The notes under the pieces: generated by a model | Told to the model about the DNA's origin: nothing | Seen by the model: the letters and a program-made list of their open reading frames with translations, nothing else | Database searches by the model: none | Translations under genes and position numbers: made by a program | Shown here: one piece after another, positions 8,403 through 20,100 of the stretch | How positions within the stretch are numbered: the first letter of the stretch is position 1 | Layout: each line of letters begins with the position of its first letter | Virus record (IMG/VR): IMGVR_UViG_3300026488_000011 | Span: 96,001-160,000 of that record | DNA from: a virus | Direction: 5' to 3' (one strand) | DNA: 64,000 bases

Positions 8403-9910
8403 TATAAAACTTCTATTTGTGTCATCAAAAAGTCTCCTAGGAGTTCCACTGTGGCGTAAAACGCAGCTTCACTTGGTGTAATGTTTTCACCCAGCATTTT
8501 TGTAGCATCATAACTAACAAATTTAGGATACATTGTGTTGGCTGTAAGTGTTAACATAATCTCTTTAGATGTATTTACTACATCCATCAAATCAGCTATT
8601 TGTTTATTTTCTACAATTTCAGTCACTACTTCTTTCACTATTTTTTCTCTAATATCTTCGTTCGGATAAATCTCTGACATTGCTTTACTATTCGCTAATA
8701 CACTTCTGCTTAGTATATAAATGCTCATCAGTGAGTTTCTTTCTCTCTCTTTATTTTTAACAATTAATAGTCTACCGTATTTGTTAAATATTGCTTTAAA
8801 CTCATCCTTCTTGCTTAATAAATCTTCAGCTTTTAACAATACAGATAATCGTTTTGTATCAATAGGACTTTGAGATAATTCAGATAGAGCTATTCCGTAC
8901 AATACACTATTATCGACCTTAGTTCCGTCTTCGTTTACTTTAGATAATACTGGCAATACTACAGCCACTGCGTAACCGTCCTCGCTTCTATATACATACG
9001 GTACCAGAATATTATTATTAATCATTGTTAGTAAATGTCCGTAGAGACGATTGAATCTTTTAATAGCTGCATTCATAATAGCTTCAGCCGCAGCTGCTTG
9101 TTCGGGTAAGTTAGATTTTCTTGCGTTAATGTAGATATTTCTAAGTGCAAGAATTAATAAAGCTAACATATCTAAATCAGATGCATCGGCATTATTAATC
9201 TCTTTCAATATCTCTTTAGCATCACTAGTAGATAATAAAGAATAAATGTGGTTTACCAACTCATAACTTTTAGGTATTTCGTTTAATCTATTTTTTAAAG
9301 CATTTTCTATCTCTAACTCATCCTGTTTCTCTATGCTATCGCTAAGAGACATTACGCTGTCAAACGCAAGAGGTATTCCTAATGCATCCTCTATCCTAGC
9401 ATTTGTCTCAGTGAGATAACCTCTTTCTTTTAACAACTGATATAAATAACTGTCGTCTAAGTAGAATATTTCAAAATCACTTTCAGGATCAGATGCTTCT
9501 AAGTTGCTAATACCAGCATTTACTCTCTCTACATATCTACTTAGGTCACTGTTTAATCTTCTAAAGAAGATTAGCTCTTTATAAGTTTTGTCACTAAGTC
9601 TTTTTATAATTTCATCATCTGTTAAATCAGATATTCTAGGGGTAAAGTTATTTTCGTCTATAGTATTAAAGTTTACATAATTAAGTAAACCACCTAATAC
9701 AGGTACCAATCTACCCTTACAACCAGGTTTACCACATGCTTCTTGTAACAACTGTTTCACTTTGTTTTCAACTACTACGTCTATTAGATCTTTTATGGTC
9801 TCATCAGGTAACTTAGACATGTTTTCAAATATGTCTTTTTTAAGTAAATCTTTTAACGTAAACCACTCTATCTCTTTAAGAGCAGTCTTAATTTTTCTGT
9901 TATCATACAT
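8402..9910 (-). CDS. Hypothetical protein (502 aa), probably virion-associated by position next to vRNAP genes
   Basis: Long ORF with RBS; positional analogy to phiKZ genes flanking gp178 only. Confidence 0.6.
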   Translation of the reverse strand: MYDNRKIKTALKEIEWFTLKDLLKKDIFENMSKLPDETIKDLIDVVVENKVKQLLQEACGKPGCKGRLVPVLGGLLNYVNFNTIDENNFTPRISDLTDDEIIKRLSDKTYKELIFFRRLNSDLSRYVERVNAGISNLEASDPESDFEIFYLDDSYLYQLLKERGYLTETNARIEDALGIPLAFDSVMSLSDSIEKQDELEIENALKNRLNEIPKSYELVNHIYSLLSTSDAKEILKEINNADASDLDMLALLILALRNIYINARKSNLPEQAAAAEAIMNAAIKRFNRLYGHLLTMINNNILVPYVYRSEDGYAVAVVLPVLSKVNEDGTKVDNSVLYGIALSELSQSPIDTKRLSVLLKAEDLLSKKDEFKAIFNKYGRLLIVKNKERERNSLMSIYILSRSVLANSKAMSEIYPNEDIREKIVKEVVTEIVENKQIADLMDVVNTSKEIMLTLTANTMYPKFVSYDATKMLGENITPSEAAFYATVELLGDFLMTQIEVL

Positions 9911-9955
9911 CTTATTTCTCCTTAATATCTGTTGTTATTTAATCAAACAAAAGAA

Positions 9956-9985
9956 ATCTATGACGGAATATATTCCGTCATAGAT
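9956..9985 (-). terminator. 30-bp perfect palindrome / putative terminator after vRNAP beta
   Basis: ATCTATGACGGAATATATTCCGTCATAGAT with U-tract on the minus strand. Confidence 0.7.
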
Positions 9986-12900
9986 CATTTACTAAAATAC
10001 ATCTCAGCAACTTTTTTACTTAGATGCTCCAGTAGGCCAGCAGTGGTACCCATTAGACTAGGACTGTTTACTATCCTAGCATATATAGCTCTAGCACTAA
10101 ACAATACCTCTATCTCTTCACCGTTTTCTCCTACAATAGGATAACTGAATATATCTCCTACTGTGGTTTTTAACTGGTTAGCTATAATTGCTTTATCACC
10201 AGTACCCATATTCGATTCCACTAAGATATAGAACTTAATTTCTACCTTACCTTCATCCAGTGGCTTACCTTCTATAGAATAACTGCTATCTACTCTACCT
10301 GTGAATTTCCTATTAGTCTTAGGATCTATTAAATTCTTCTCTGTTTCTTCTACTAATTTTCTAATAGATTCAGACAGTTGTTCTTTTTCACAATTATAGA
10401 ACACCTGTATCTTAATTATCTTACCTTTTATCTTAGCTTTAGGTGTAGTCTTAACAAAACCTTGTAAAATGTCCAGAGCCTCTTCTGTAAGTTTACCATC
10501 GTCCATTATTCCAGTATTAATCATTAATAACGCTGTAGATGGCTCTACGCTATCTCCTACATTTAATACGTTTACTATTTCTTCAGTAGCATCCAGGACT
10601 ATGCTTCTGGATTTCACATATTGTATTTTAGCCTTATTTGCTAACTTGCTGCTTATAGCACAACTATCCTCATACGTTTCATTAAGCTCCATTAAAGCTG
10701 TTCTCACTGTTAAGTATGGCTTATAAGTTACCTTAGTAGGATCGAAGATATCTGGTTCGAAGAAACTACTATCGTAATAAATTACATCTCCTTCTTTTAC
10801 CTTTTGATCTTTAACCACATTAGGTTTTAAAACATGTAAGTAACTAGTATTGGATTCTTCTTTACTAGTCCAATTCGAATAAACAAAAGTTTCTTTTTTA
10901 CCGCTTTTGTATTCTACCACTATTTTATTCCTACTTACTTGTTTTACTATACCATCTTTTTTAGCGAATCCTATAAACTTTTTATCTAACCTGTAAGGAA
11001 GTACTGAATCATACCCTGTTCTAACTGGATATACAGATCCGTTTATTAATGGAAGTACATGTGAATTTTGTACGTTAATAAAGTTAAGTCTCTTTGAATC
11101 ATCGGTAGTGCTAAACGGTGCTAGAAGAGCACTGGTACTTAATACATTAGCAAAATCTATTTCCTTTAACTCACCTTTCATTCCTCTTAGGTTTTTAATC
11201 ACAGGATTCGCTGATAGATACGCTGAAATACCTACGTCACCTGAGTCCTTATGTCCTTCAGATATCACTCCTATATCATCAGGATGTAATTCTCTAGTAC
11301 CCTTACTCATGGATTCTTTTTTTCTACCTTGGAATCCTATATAGGTAACGTCTTCTCTCTCTTTTAAGTAGATTAGAGGATTTGTATCGTCTAATAAAAT
11401 ACTAGCACTATCTTCGTTTAAGAGTCTCCAGACAATATATGGATCTAAGTTCAATCTACTCCTACCAAAGAACTCTTCATTCTTTTTCTGTCTTATCGCT
11501 TCTACCATTTTGGAATACACCATCTGAGGTACTTTCTCATAGCCTCTAATCACATACCCCTTCATGCTTTGTGGATGTAGATAGAAATCATTTACTAACA
11601 TCTCATTAGCCCTCAGTAAGAGTCCTGTAAACGTAGTAGGTTCTTTCATTTGTTTCAATACGTTGGCAGTTACTGGATCGACATAGAGATCATCTAACAA
11701 TTGTATCTCTGTAATACTGTTTAAAGGTAAGCCTATGTCTTTAAAAAACGCTAACATCATTTCGCGACTGTTAAAAGTGTCTAGCGGTAGATCTTTTGTT
11801 ATCTTAGGAAAGTGATTCAAACCTTCAAACAACATGATGTGTTCTGGTTTATCCCAATACACTACCAATGTCTCAAACTTAGTTTTAAATACGGTAGCAT
11901 TCTCCGGTTTTAGATTTTTTCTACCCTCCAGAATATCATATTTTACTCCTAGCATCTTTAGTAAGTTTTCTAAGCCTAGATAATAAGACAACATAAACAC
12001 TGTCGGAATATAGTTTTTATAAATTTTAACTAAACTATACTCATTCACGAGTTTAGTTTTGTCTATCGGGACTATGTTGTAGAAGTTATCTAACTTCTTC
12101 ATAGTCTTATCATAGACATATAAGTCATTACTCTGATTTATGAATAGAGGTTTATCATTTCTACTACCACATAAAACATACTTACCGTTTTCTTCTAATT
12201 TTTCTAATTCGATACCTAATTTGTCTGCGAATAAGTCCCTATTAGGATAATCAAAATCAAACAACATATCCTTATACACGTATGATTTAATAAATCTCAT
12301 ATGCAGAGAATAGACTTCTGGTAGTATGACATCAGGTACGTGTACTTCTCCTAACACTAAGTTTTTTATCTTACCAGATTCTTGTAACTTTAATAATTGC
12401 TTTTTTAGACTATATCCTGCGTTTAATTTCATGTATGGGGCTTTATCTATAAACAGTTTGCCATATGCACTACTTAATGCTACTCTATTATAAGCGATCT
12501 TTTTTATTGGCAAGTCGGATCTTTGTTTTCTAAGCACATAACCGTTACCGGACATTTTATACTGTCCGTCTTCATCTATCTTAGGAATTTTAAACTTTAC
12601 CTTATGAGTACCTTTGTTTATATCCGTGAATACAATCTCATATTCTTCATAATCTCCTAAGATGTTTCCGTTTTCTACTCTATTAAGTTCTTTTATTACC
12701 ATCCCTCCTCTCTGAAGAGAGAATATTGTACGAGCTATATCTTTCTTAAGTACCTCTCTTATGTACTTTCTGTCGAAAGCTCCTATTGTATCCTCCAATG
12801 CTTTTTTATCAGGCATTATCTTTACATCAGGTAGTTTTTTATCTTTTTCAGTTATTTCTACTTCTTTATCAGATATAGTTAAGTAATCTTTTAACGGTTT

Positions 12901-14199
12901 TCCATCTCCGAATACATCTGATTCCAACACTTCCTCGATACTTCTCAATAACTTAGTTTTCTTTTTCTCTACTCCGTTGATTTCGGTCAAATGCTCAATT
13001 GTTCTTATTGTATCTTTTACTACATCATCATCAGACTTTATTATTTCCTCAATGTCGTTATATTTTGGTTTAGTCTTACTTAATCCGGTTATCTCATCTT
13101 CTTCTGGTTCCATTTTTATAATGTCTTCTATGTCTATTGTATCATCTTCTGTTTCTACTACTTGCTCATCTATTTCGTCTACTACTATGCTGGTGTTTGA
13201 ATCTATTACACCTTTCTTCTTTGTTTTACTAATAGGTAAAATATCTTCAACTGTTTCTTTGTATGTACCTTTTTCTATTTCGTTTTCCTTAAATCCAGGA
13301 AGTAAGTATTCACTATGCAATGTAAAATGTAATAACTTAAAAAGTTTATCGGGATCGTATTTAGTACTATTCTCTAATGTATCATAATCTTTATCGAACT
13401 TTAATAGCTCTGCTAGGTTAACCACTAATCCTTTCTCGTCTAGAACAAAAACAAAGTTTATCTTAGATAGATCCTTCAGCTTTTCTACTTTCTGTAAAGG
13501 TGTCTTTTCTTTTAATTCTTTATATAGGACTCTGAATGTATCCAATAAAGACAATCTTTTAAAATCGAAAAACGTCTTTATAAGCTGTAGATCATACTCA
13601 GTTTTATCTAAATATTTTTTTATCAGTTGTCTACCATAGAAGACTTCTGGTAACTCTAAGATAACGAAATGATGTGGTCCTAATCCTGTACCAAAATCAA
13701 TTCTATTAAGTTTTAGAATTCTGTCTATAATAGTCCTGCTAGTCACTCTGTATTTTTCATACTCATGTTTAGGATGGTTTTTCCATCTGTATATGGTGTC
13801 CAAAACTGAGTAGTTTATTATTAAATCCCTATCTTTTAATATCTTAGGATTCTTCTCTAAAGCATTATAGACTTTCTTACTTAACTCAGTCTTAAAGTCT
13901 GGATAGTCCTTATTGAACTTACTGGCGAAACTAGATTCGTTAATTACTGACTTAGTCACCTTTTCAGGTTTATCGGAATATTCCAATACATTAACCACGA
14001 TACCCTTACTTATGTTTCTGAAATAAGGTAAAGTCCTGTTAGGATACAAAGTGTTGTTTTCTTTATAGAAATGAAGTATTGTTCCCTGAGGAAATACTAT
14101 ATCGCTTAAATTCAAAACTTTAGGATATATAAAATCATTAGCCTTTCTCAATCCTAGTTTTTTGTACCATAATCTATATTTTTTTTTCCTAGTACTCAT
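9985..14199 (-). CDS. rpoB: Virion RNA polymerase beta-like subunit (phiKZ gp178-like)
   Basis: RELHPDDIG...DSGDVG, DDSKRLNFINVQNSH (cf. DDANRALMGSNMQRQ), GDKAIIANQLKTTV (cf. GDKMAGRHGNKGVV). Confidence 0.88.
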   Translation of the reverse strand: MSTRKKKYRLWYKKLGLRKANDFIYPKVLNLSDIVFPQGTILHFYKENNTLYPNRTLPYFRNISKGIVVNVLEYSDKPEKVTKSVINESSFASKFNKDYPDFKTELSKKVYNALEKNPKILKDRDLIINYSVLDTIYRWKNHPKHEYEKYRVTSRTIIDRILKLNRIDFGTGLGPHHFVILELPEVFYGRQLIKKYLDKTEYDLQLIKTFFDFKRLSLLDTFRVLYKELKEKTPLQKVEKLKDLSKINFVFVLDEKGLVVNLAELLKFDKDYDTLENSTKYDPDKLFKLLHFTLHSEYLLPGFKENEIEKGTYKETVEDILPISKTKKKGVIDSNTSIVVDEIDEQVVETEDDTIDIEDIIKMEPEEDEITGLSKTKPKYNDIEEIIKSDDDVVKDTIRTIEHLTEINGVEKKKTKLLRSIEEVLESDVFGDGKPLKDYLTISDKEVEITEKDKKLPDVKIMPDKKALEDTIGAFDRKYIREVLKKDIARTIFSLQRGGMVIKELNRVENGNILGDYEEYEIVFTDINKGTHKVKFKIPKIDEDGQYKMSGNGYVLRKQRSDLPIKKIAYNRVALSSAYGKLFIDKAPYMKLNAGYSLKKQLLKLQESGKIKNLVLGEVHVPDVILPEVYSLHMRFIKSYVYKDMLFDFDYPNRDLFADKLGIELEKLEENGKYVLCGSRNDKPLFINQSNDLYVYDKTMKKLDNFYNIVPIDKTKLVNEYSLVKIYKNYIPTVFMLSYYLGLENLLKMLGVKYDILEGRKNLKPENATVFKTKFETLVVYWDKPEHIMLFEGLNHFPKITKDLPLDTFNSREMMLAFFKDIGLPLNSITEIQLLDDLYVDPVTANVLKQMKEPTTFTGLLLRANEMLVNDFYLHPQSMKGYVIRGYEKVPQMVYSKMVEAIRQKKNEEFFGRSRLNLDPYIVWRLLNEDSASILLDDTNPLIYLKEREDVTYIGFQGRKKESMSKGTRELHPDDIGVISEGHKDSGDVGISAYLSANPVIKNLRGMKGELKEIDFANVLSTSALLAPFSTTDDSKRLNFINVQNSHVLPLINGSVYPVRTGYDSVLPYRLDKKFIGFAKKDGIVKQVSRNKIVVEYKSGKKETFVYSNWTSKEESNTSYLHVLKPNVVKDQKVKEGDVIYYDSSFFEPDIFDPTKVTYKPYLTVRTALMELNETYEDSCAISSKLANKAKIQYVKSRSIVLDATEEIVNVLNVGDSVEPSTALLMINTGIMDDGKLTEEALDILQGFVKTTPKAKIKGKIIKIQVFYNCEKEQLSESIRKLVEETEKNLIDPKTNRKFTGRVDSSYSIEGKPLDEGKVEIKFYILVESNMGTGDKAIIANQLKTTVGDIFSYPIVGENGEEIEVLFSARAIYARIVNSPSLMGTTAGLLEHLSKKVAEMYFSK

Positions 14200-14277
14200 G
14201 CTTTACTCCTTAATACGTTAATTTCAATTCAACGACCTATTAAAAAAGAAAACTAATCACAGAGTAGATAACTACAT

Positions 14278-15903
14278 CTACTCTGTAAACATCTTTAATG
14301 CTAAATCGGAAATATCGTTACTATTGGAATAAACTAATTTTCCAGTTGGGTCTAGGTAAAATTTAGTACTATTAAGAAACTCCATTAACTCTTTCCTGGA
14401 TTCATCTTCATATACGATTGTAGCCGACATTTTATCACCATCAAAGTCAGCTCCTAGTCTCCCTAGGAAAGCTACGTTAGGGGAAAGAGACAAGAAAGGT
14501 TTACTATCAAATCTAGGATACTCGTAAAGTTTAATAGGTTGTGGTTGATGCAATCCTTTATAGAGGACTTCTCTACCTTCTATAGTAGTTTTTAGATAAA
14601 ACTTGGTAGGATATACCGAACCCAATCCTGTAATAGGATATCTTGTTACGAAACCTGGGTAATTATCAGCAATATCAAAAATGCTAAGATATACTAACTC
14701 CATATATGTCATAGGTCTAATATACTTCTTATCATAACCTACAGGCATTAATCTAACATCGTCAATTATCTCTACTACATTTCCATCGTCATAAACCAGG
14801 AACATATACTTACCGTCTACTACAATAGGAGCCTTTTGTATATCTTCCTGTATTAATTTGTTAATGGATTTCTCTAACCCATCGTCTGTTACCCATTGGG
14901 ATCTAGTCTTGTTACTGACCTCCACTAATTCTTTTTCAAACGTCTTAGGATTATAGAGATATGCGTTATTGCTCTCTGGATCAAATACGTTGTTCAGAAA
15001 TTTAGTTCTTATGTGGTAAATAGCTATAGGAGTAATACCTTTAGTAAACTGATATAACCCTATTACTGTTTGATCAAATCTGGGTCTATTAGGCTGGTGA
15101 TTGACTTTAATCTTTATAGGTATAGCTGTAATTACGTTTCTGGTACCGTACATTACTGTACGCTTTACCCACTTGCCTTGTATAAATCCTTCTTTACCGG
15201 ATAGTATATTTTCTATATACTCGTAAATCTCTGTTACTTTCTTTTCTAGTCTGGCTTTAATAGGATCTATGAATTTAGAACCTAATGCTTCCGAACCAAA
15301 TTTCTTCGCTGTGTTGGAGATAGTTAATAAATCTCTATATAGATTATTTATTTCATCTTCCAATACCTTTCCATTAGGGAGGACTTGTCTGTCCCTCATA
15401 CCTGCTGGTAATACTAACCATTTATCTACTAATACATCTTTTGCTTTATACTTCTTGATAAATTCAATTCTTTTCTTTCTTATTTCTGAATTAGTTTCTC
15501 TAAATTTTATCTCGTCAAAATGTTTTATAAAAAAAGAAAAACCTGTTTCTCCATCTGCCTTTGTAGCTGGTTTAAAATTCTTCTCTTCATCATCCCAGAT
15601 AGCATATTTAGTACCCTCTATAATTCCCTTATACAAGCTCTCTAATTTACATAAATGTCTGTAAACCAATGGATGTATTATATCCGTACCTAAAGAGATA
15701 TATCCAAATCTTTCTAGTCTTTCTTTGGATCCTACTGGTCCAAATATCTCAGTAGAGAATAAACCATCCTTATGGAAGACAGTAGAGTTTTGCTCATATA
15801 CGTCTTTAGTTTTTACTTCTCCTAACCTTTTTACTATATCGGTAGTCAGGATTAAAATTTCTATATTAAATGGTATTTTTGGTCTAAATACGTTTTCAGA
15901 CAT
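14278..15903 (-). CDS. rpoC: Virion RNA polymerase beta'-like subunit (phiKZ gp180-like) with intact catalytic motif
   Basis: GLFSTEIFGP, LVLPAGMR, INNLYR, LSGKEGFIQGKWVKR, LGADFDGDKM. Confidence 0.92.
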   Translation of the reverse strand: MSENVFRPKIPFNIEILILTTDIVKRLGEVKTKDVYEQNSTVFHKDGLFSTEIFGPVGSKERLERFGYISLGTDIIHPLVYRHLCKLESLYKGIIEGTKYAIWDDEEKNFKPATKADGETGFSFFIKHFDEIKFRETNSEIRKKRIEFIKKYKAKDVLVDKWLVLPAGMRDRQVLPNGKVLEDEINNLYRDLLTISNTAKKFGSEALGSKFIDPIKARLEKKVTEIYEYIENILSGKEGFIQGKWVKRTVMYGTRNVITAIPIKIKVNHQPNRPRFDQTVIGLYQFTKGITPIAIYHIRTKFLNNVFDPESNNAYLYNPKTFEKELVEVSNKTRSQWVTDDGLEKSINKLIQEDIQKAPIVVDGKYMFLVYDDGNVVEIIDDVRLMPVGYDKKYIRPMTYMELVYLSIFDIADNYPGFVTRYPITGLGSVYPTKFYLKTTIEGREVLYKGLHQPQPIKLYEYPRFDSKPFLSLSPNVAFLGRLGADFDGDKMSATIVYEDESRKELMEFLNSTKFYLDPTGKLVYSNSNDISDLALKMFTE

Positions 15904-15972
15904 TGTTTCTCCTTTATGTCATTTGCTCACTAGAACATAATGGAATCTAGATAAAAAAAGAAATAATTCTGT

Positions 15973-16179
15973 CTAGGAATTGTTTCCTAGACATACAGTT
16001 TTAATTTCTTTGCATACAGATTTAAGCTCATCTAGGTCTACGTTTAATTCCTCAGATGCTCTTCTAATATTACCAAATACAACACCTTGTGCTTTTACAG
16101 CGCAGTTGTCTGTTACTGGATTATAGACCAGTAATAATTTTATCCCTGATAGTTCTGTATATCTCATACATCTAGACAT
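15973..16179 (-). CDS. Hypothetical protein (68 aa)
   Basis: ORF with AGGAG RBS and upstream TATATTAT motif. Confidence 0.55.
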   Translation of the reverse strand: MSRCMRYTELSGIKLLLVYNPVTDNCAVKAQGVVFGNIRRASEELNVDLDELKSVCKEIKTVCLGNNS

Positions 16180-16260
16180 GATTACTCCTTTACACTAATT
16201 GTTATTGTTCGTCTACTAAATAATATACTCATAAACTTTTTTAGAATAGGAATATAATGA

Positions 16261-16590
16261 TACCCCTCTGAGGGAGAGGGGTAGGAATCGCGAAACGAAT
16301 GAACGAAGTGAATGAGTGAGATGATTCCTGGGGAGAGGGAGCATACCATATAGTACTGCTGTGTGAGTATGTGAGCTAATACCCTGAGGAAATGAGTGAG
16401 GTAGGATAAGACCAAGCGAACATACGAACGCTACCGGCTAAGCAGACCCTATAAGCAATAGCTATAGGGGAGAGGGCTACGCCCTCTCCTTATATATAAA
16501 TATAAAAATACTTATCAAGATATAAAATAAAAAAATAATTAATGAGAATAGCTATGTGTTAAACTACTCCTATAGCAATAAAGCTATAGG
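16261..16590. other. Purine-skewed non-coding region with short repeats, hairpins and an AT-rich tract (candidate origin or other cis element)
   Basis: GGGAGAGGG x3, AATGAGTGAG x2, several CGAA, hairpins, then an A/T-rich stretch at ~16490-16545. Confidence 0.4.
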
Positions 16591-17096
16591 GTAGCTAAAT
16601 CATTTACTATCTTAGATGCTGTTGAGTATACGTCTAAAGTATTGAAATGTTTGATTAAGTCATTGACAGTAGTTATTGTACAGTTTTTTAATTTATCGTA
16701 TGTAGTAGGGGCAATGATGTTTTTAGAAAAGTATTCATCTGCTCTACGTTTAGCTTCTGGAGTAATTAGAGTATTAGGAGAGCCTAGGAGATGTTTTTTA
16801 ATTATCTGTATTACTGGATTTTTTAGTTTATTATCTACGGTAAAATGGTTTCTGTCTAGAGTGACATAAGTAAGCATAGTAGATGGTGTTAAATCAAATG
16901 TAGTTATTAACTCTCTGAGTTTATTAATGGGTAGAGAATCGTCGTAATAGAGGATGTTTATGTTAGTAATGATTTCTGCCCTTGTATAGGGTGTGAGTTC
17001 ATCTTGGTTTGTGATACGGAGTTCACAACTTACCGATTGAGGGAATTTGTGATTGTTGGTCTTGTCAAAGTGTAATTTACTTAATAGGATTCTCAT
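16584..17096 (-). CDS. Hypothetical protein
   Basis: ORF; likely start at 17096 behind AAGGAGG. Confidence 0.6.
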   Translation of the reverse strand: MRILLSKLHFDKTNNHKFPQSVSCELRITNQDELTPYTRAEIITNINILYYDDSLPINKLRELITTFDLTPSTMLTYVTLDRNHFTVDNKLKNPVIQIIKKHLLGSPNTLITPEAKRRADEYFSKNIIAPTTYDKLKNCTITTVNDLIKHFNTLDVYSTASKIVNDLATL

Positions 17097-17192
17097 TTTT
17101 ACCTCCTTTGATTTTTTATCCAAGTAAGTAATGTATAGTTAGAAGTTGTTAGATGATTGGGTGAGCGAGTAGATATAATATATAAGGAGAAC

Positions 17193-20100
17193 ATGATGGC
17201 AAATGATAAAGATTTGGACAAAATGTTAAACGATGATGGTCTGGATGAATTAGATAAATTATTCGAAGATGAGAGTATAGATATAGACAGTGGTTTAGAG
17301 GGTGATAGCAGAGATCCTGTAGACAAGGTCCTAAAGAGTACTAAGTCGGCTATGAAGGATTATGACTTAAAAAGTAAATTATTAGAAAGAGTAAAGGATG
17401 ATGTAATAGATACACTGCCGAATGATTTACGTAATGTAGTAACTGGTATAGATAATGAAATATATGGATTAAAAAGAGAAATAGAGGATAAGCTACCAGA
17501 TGTCAAAAAGACCTTAAAGAGTATGTTAGGAGATGCTGAAGAGTTAGCTCCTAATAAAGTATTAGGTATTAATATTAAAGACAAGATAAGAAGATTAAAA
17601 GACAAAATACACGTAGAGGAAGAAACTTTCATTCCTGAGGAAACACTAGACGAAAAAGCTAAGAGGTTTAGTGATGAAATCTTAGGAGGGGATATACAGA
17701 AGAGCATTTTATCGGATATAGATGTTAAAACTAATGTTAATTTAAATCTAGAGCTCTTAAAAGAGGCAAAGACCACGAATAACTTTTTGTTAAAACTAAG
17801 TAGTAAATATTACAAAAACAGCTTGGAATTAATGTTTAAACAACTCCATGCGTTGGTAAGCATAGATGAAAAGACTAAATTACTAGTCGAGACATTACCT
17901 AAACAGTTAGAAGGTATATTGAGAAACACGTCAATACCTGACGTAATGAAGTATAGGGGTAATGAACTACTAAAAGAGAATTTACGTAGAGATATGATGG
18001 AAAGTGGTATAGAGCTGATAAAAAATAGTCAAAGTGTAAGGACTATTACGAGCAAGTTAAAGAAGGCTGCGCTGAGTGGTTTTAATAAAGGTTTAGAAGG
18101 TCTAAGAACAGGGCAAGAATTTATTTCCACTCAGAGAGAGATGAAGGAATTAATGAGTGACGTGGGTATGGACCCTACGCAAATGGCTATACAATCAGGT
18201 TTTGATTTTGCACTAGGTACGGTAATGACTGGCTTAAAAAAAGGTGTGAGAAAAGTAGCCAGCAAGTCTAGAGTAGCTAATAAATTGCACTACAAACTGG
18301 ATAAAACCATATCTAACCCTGAAAAAGTACTAGAGAAATGGGAGAATAAGCTAAACGATAAAAACAATCCTTTAGCAGAATCCATGGCAGAGTTTATCTC
18401 TAGTTTAAGAAAGGAGATGGGTAGTAGTAAAACTGATATCGACTTAAGTCGGGATGTGAACCAACCAACAGTGTTCGATATAAAAACTAAACTAGCTATC
18501 ACTAACATAATACCTACTTATCTAAGTAAGATACTGGCAGAGGTAACAGGTATTAGATTAAAGTTAAAAGCTCCTAAAGTAGACGAGATAGTATTTGACT
18601 ATAAAAGAAACAGGTTCTTTACCGCTAAACAGCTGAAAAATAAATTTATAAGAGACAGTAAAAAAGCTAGTAAGTATGTATTAAAAACAATAGAGGAAGA
18701 ATCTCCTAAGATTATTAGTATACTAGAGAAAGATACCAAGTTAAACGAAGAAGAGAAGAAACAGGTAACATCAGCTTTATTAAAGCATGTAAACGAAGGC
18801 GGTAGCAAGGATATTAGATTCTTAAAAGACGAAGGATTCTTGGATAAACTAGATGAAGGTCTAAAAAATAAACTAACTCCAGTATTAGATAAAATATCTA
18901 AAGATTACACATCTGTAGATCTTAAAGAAGTTGAAGAAGCCAAAGAAGCCTTGAATAGAATAGAACGCAGTCTAGCTAACGAAGCTAAAGAATTTGGAGA
19001 AAGAGCTAAAGAGTTGGCAGATATTGGTAGAACAGATATATTAGAAACTCTAAAGATAATAAATGACGACCATACCAAAATCAGCGGAGAAAGAGTATTT
19101 GATATAGTCACTGATCTTACTAATAGGGATATTAGTAAAAACAAAATAAAATATGCTGATTATATACGTACAAGGAATGAGGATGCGGAAGATTCCGATA
19201 AAGAGTACATAGAAGACAAGATAAATAAAAAATTTAACGAATTCAAGAACATAGCTTTACCTAAGATAGATGACATTAAGAAGGAAACAAAAGAGATTAT
19301 CAAACACCCTGATAAGAAACTCAATATCGTTAAAAACGAACTAACTAAAACTGTGGAGAAAATAAAAAACACAAATAGACCAAAGATAGAGAATATCACT
19401 AAGCCAGTAGGTACAGCTTTAAATAAAGCACAGACCAAAGCTGAAGAAGTAGTTAAACCTCTAGTAATCAAGATTGAAAGTTTTGAGAAACCTAACTTAA
19501 TGAAAGAGAAATTAATAAGTAAGATAAACGATGTTAAGAAACTGGAATATAAAGAACTAAAATCAGGAGCAGTTAAAACATACAATAATATCTCCAGTAA
19601 GTTAGTGAAATCTATCGAAAAATTTGAAAGTAAATTACCTTCTAATCCTGATCAGGAACTAAAGCAAAACGTTAATAAGTTAGAACACATAATACAGAAT
19701 GATCAGTTAGACAATCTTTTAGAGGTACAATTAGCTCAAAAGCCATTACCTAAAGATATACACGAAGCCAAAATCATCTATGAGGAAACTGTACATAGTT
19801 TAGACCCTACTGGTAGATTAAAAGAAGAATTAAGTAAGAAGGGAAATTGGATAGAGAGATTATATAATATCCATAAAGGTGTTATGGCTAAGATTCAAGC
19901 AGGTGTATTTAATCTTAAAGAGAAAATGAGTGAACTGTTTAGTGGAGATACATTTTCTAACTTAAAAGATAGATTGGGTCTAGCTGGAAAATTAGGATCT
20001 AGAGGGTTAAAAATACTAGGAGCCGGAAAAGACTGGTTAGTTAAACATGGACAGTTATTAAAAGACAATACTTCTGAACTACTATATGATCCAGAGACAG

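Noticed and set aside
14421-14460. Possible intron at the virion RNAP DFDGD site
   Set aside because: The frame reads GADFDGDKM uninterrupted and differs in nucleotide sequence from the invaded nvRNAP site.
16182-16415. 77-aa ORF, or a CRISPR array/tRNA in the repeat-rich region
   Set aside because: Low-complexity translation with no RBS; repeats are too short and irregular for CRISPR; no cloverleaf seen.
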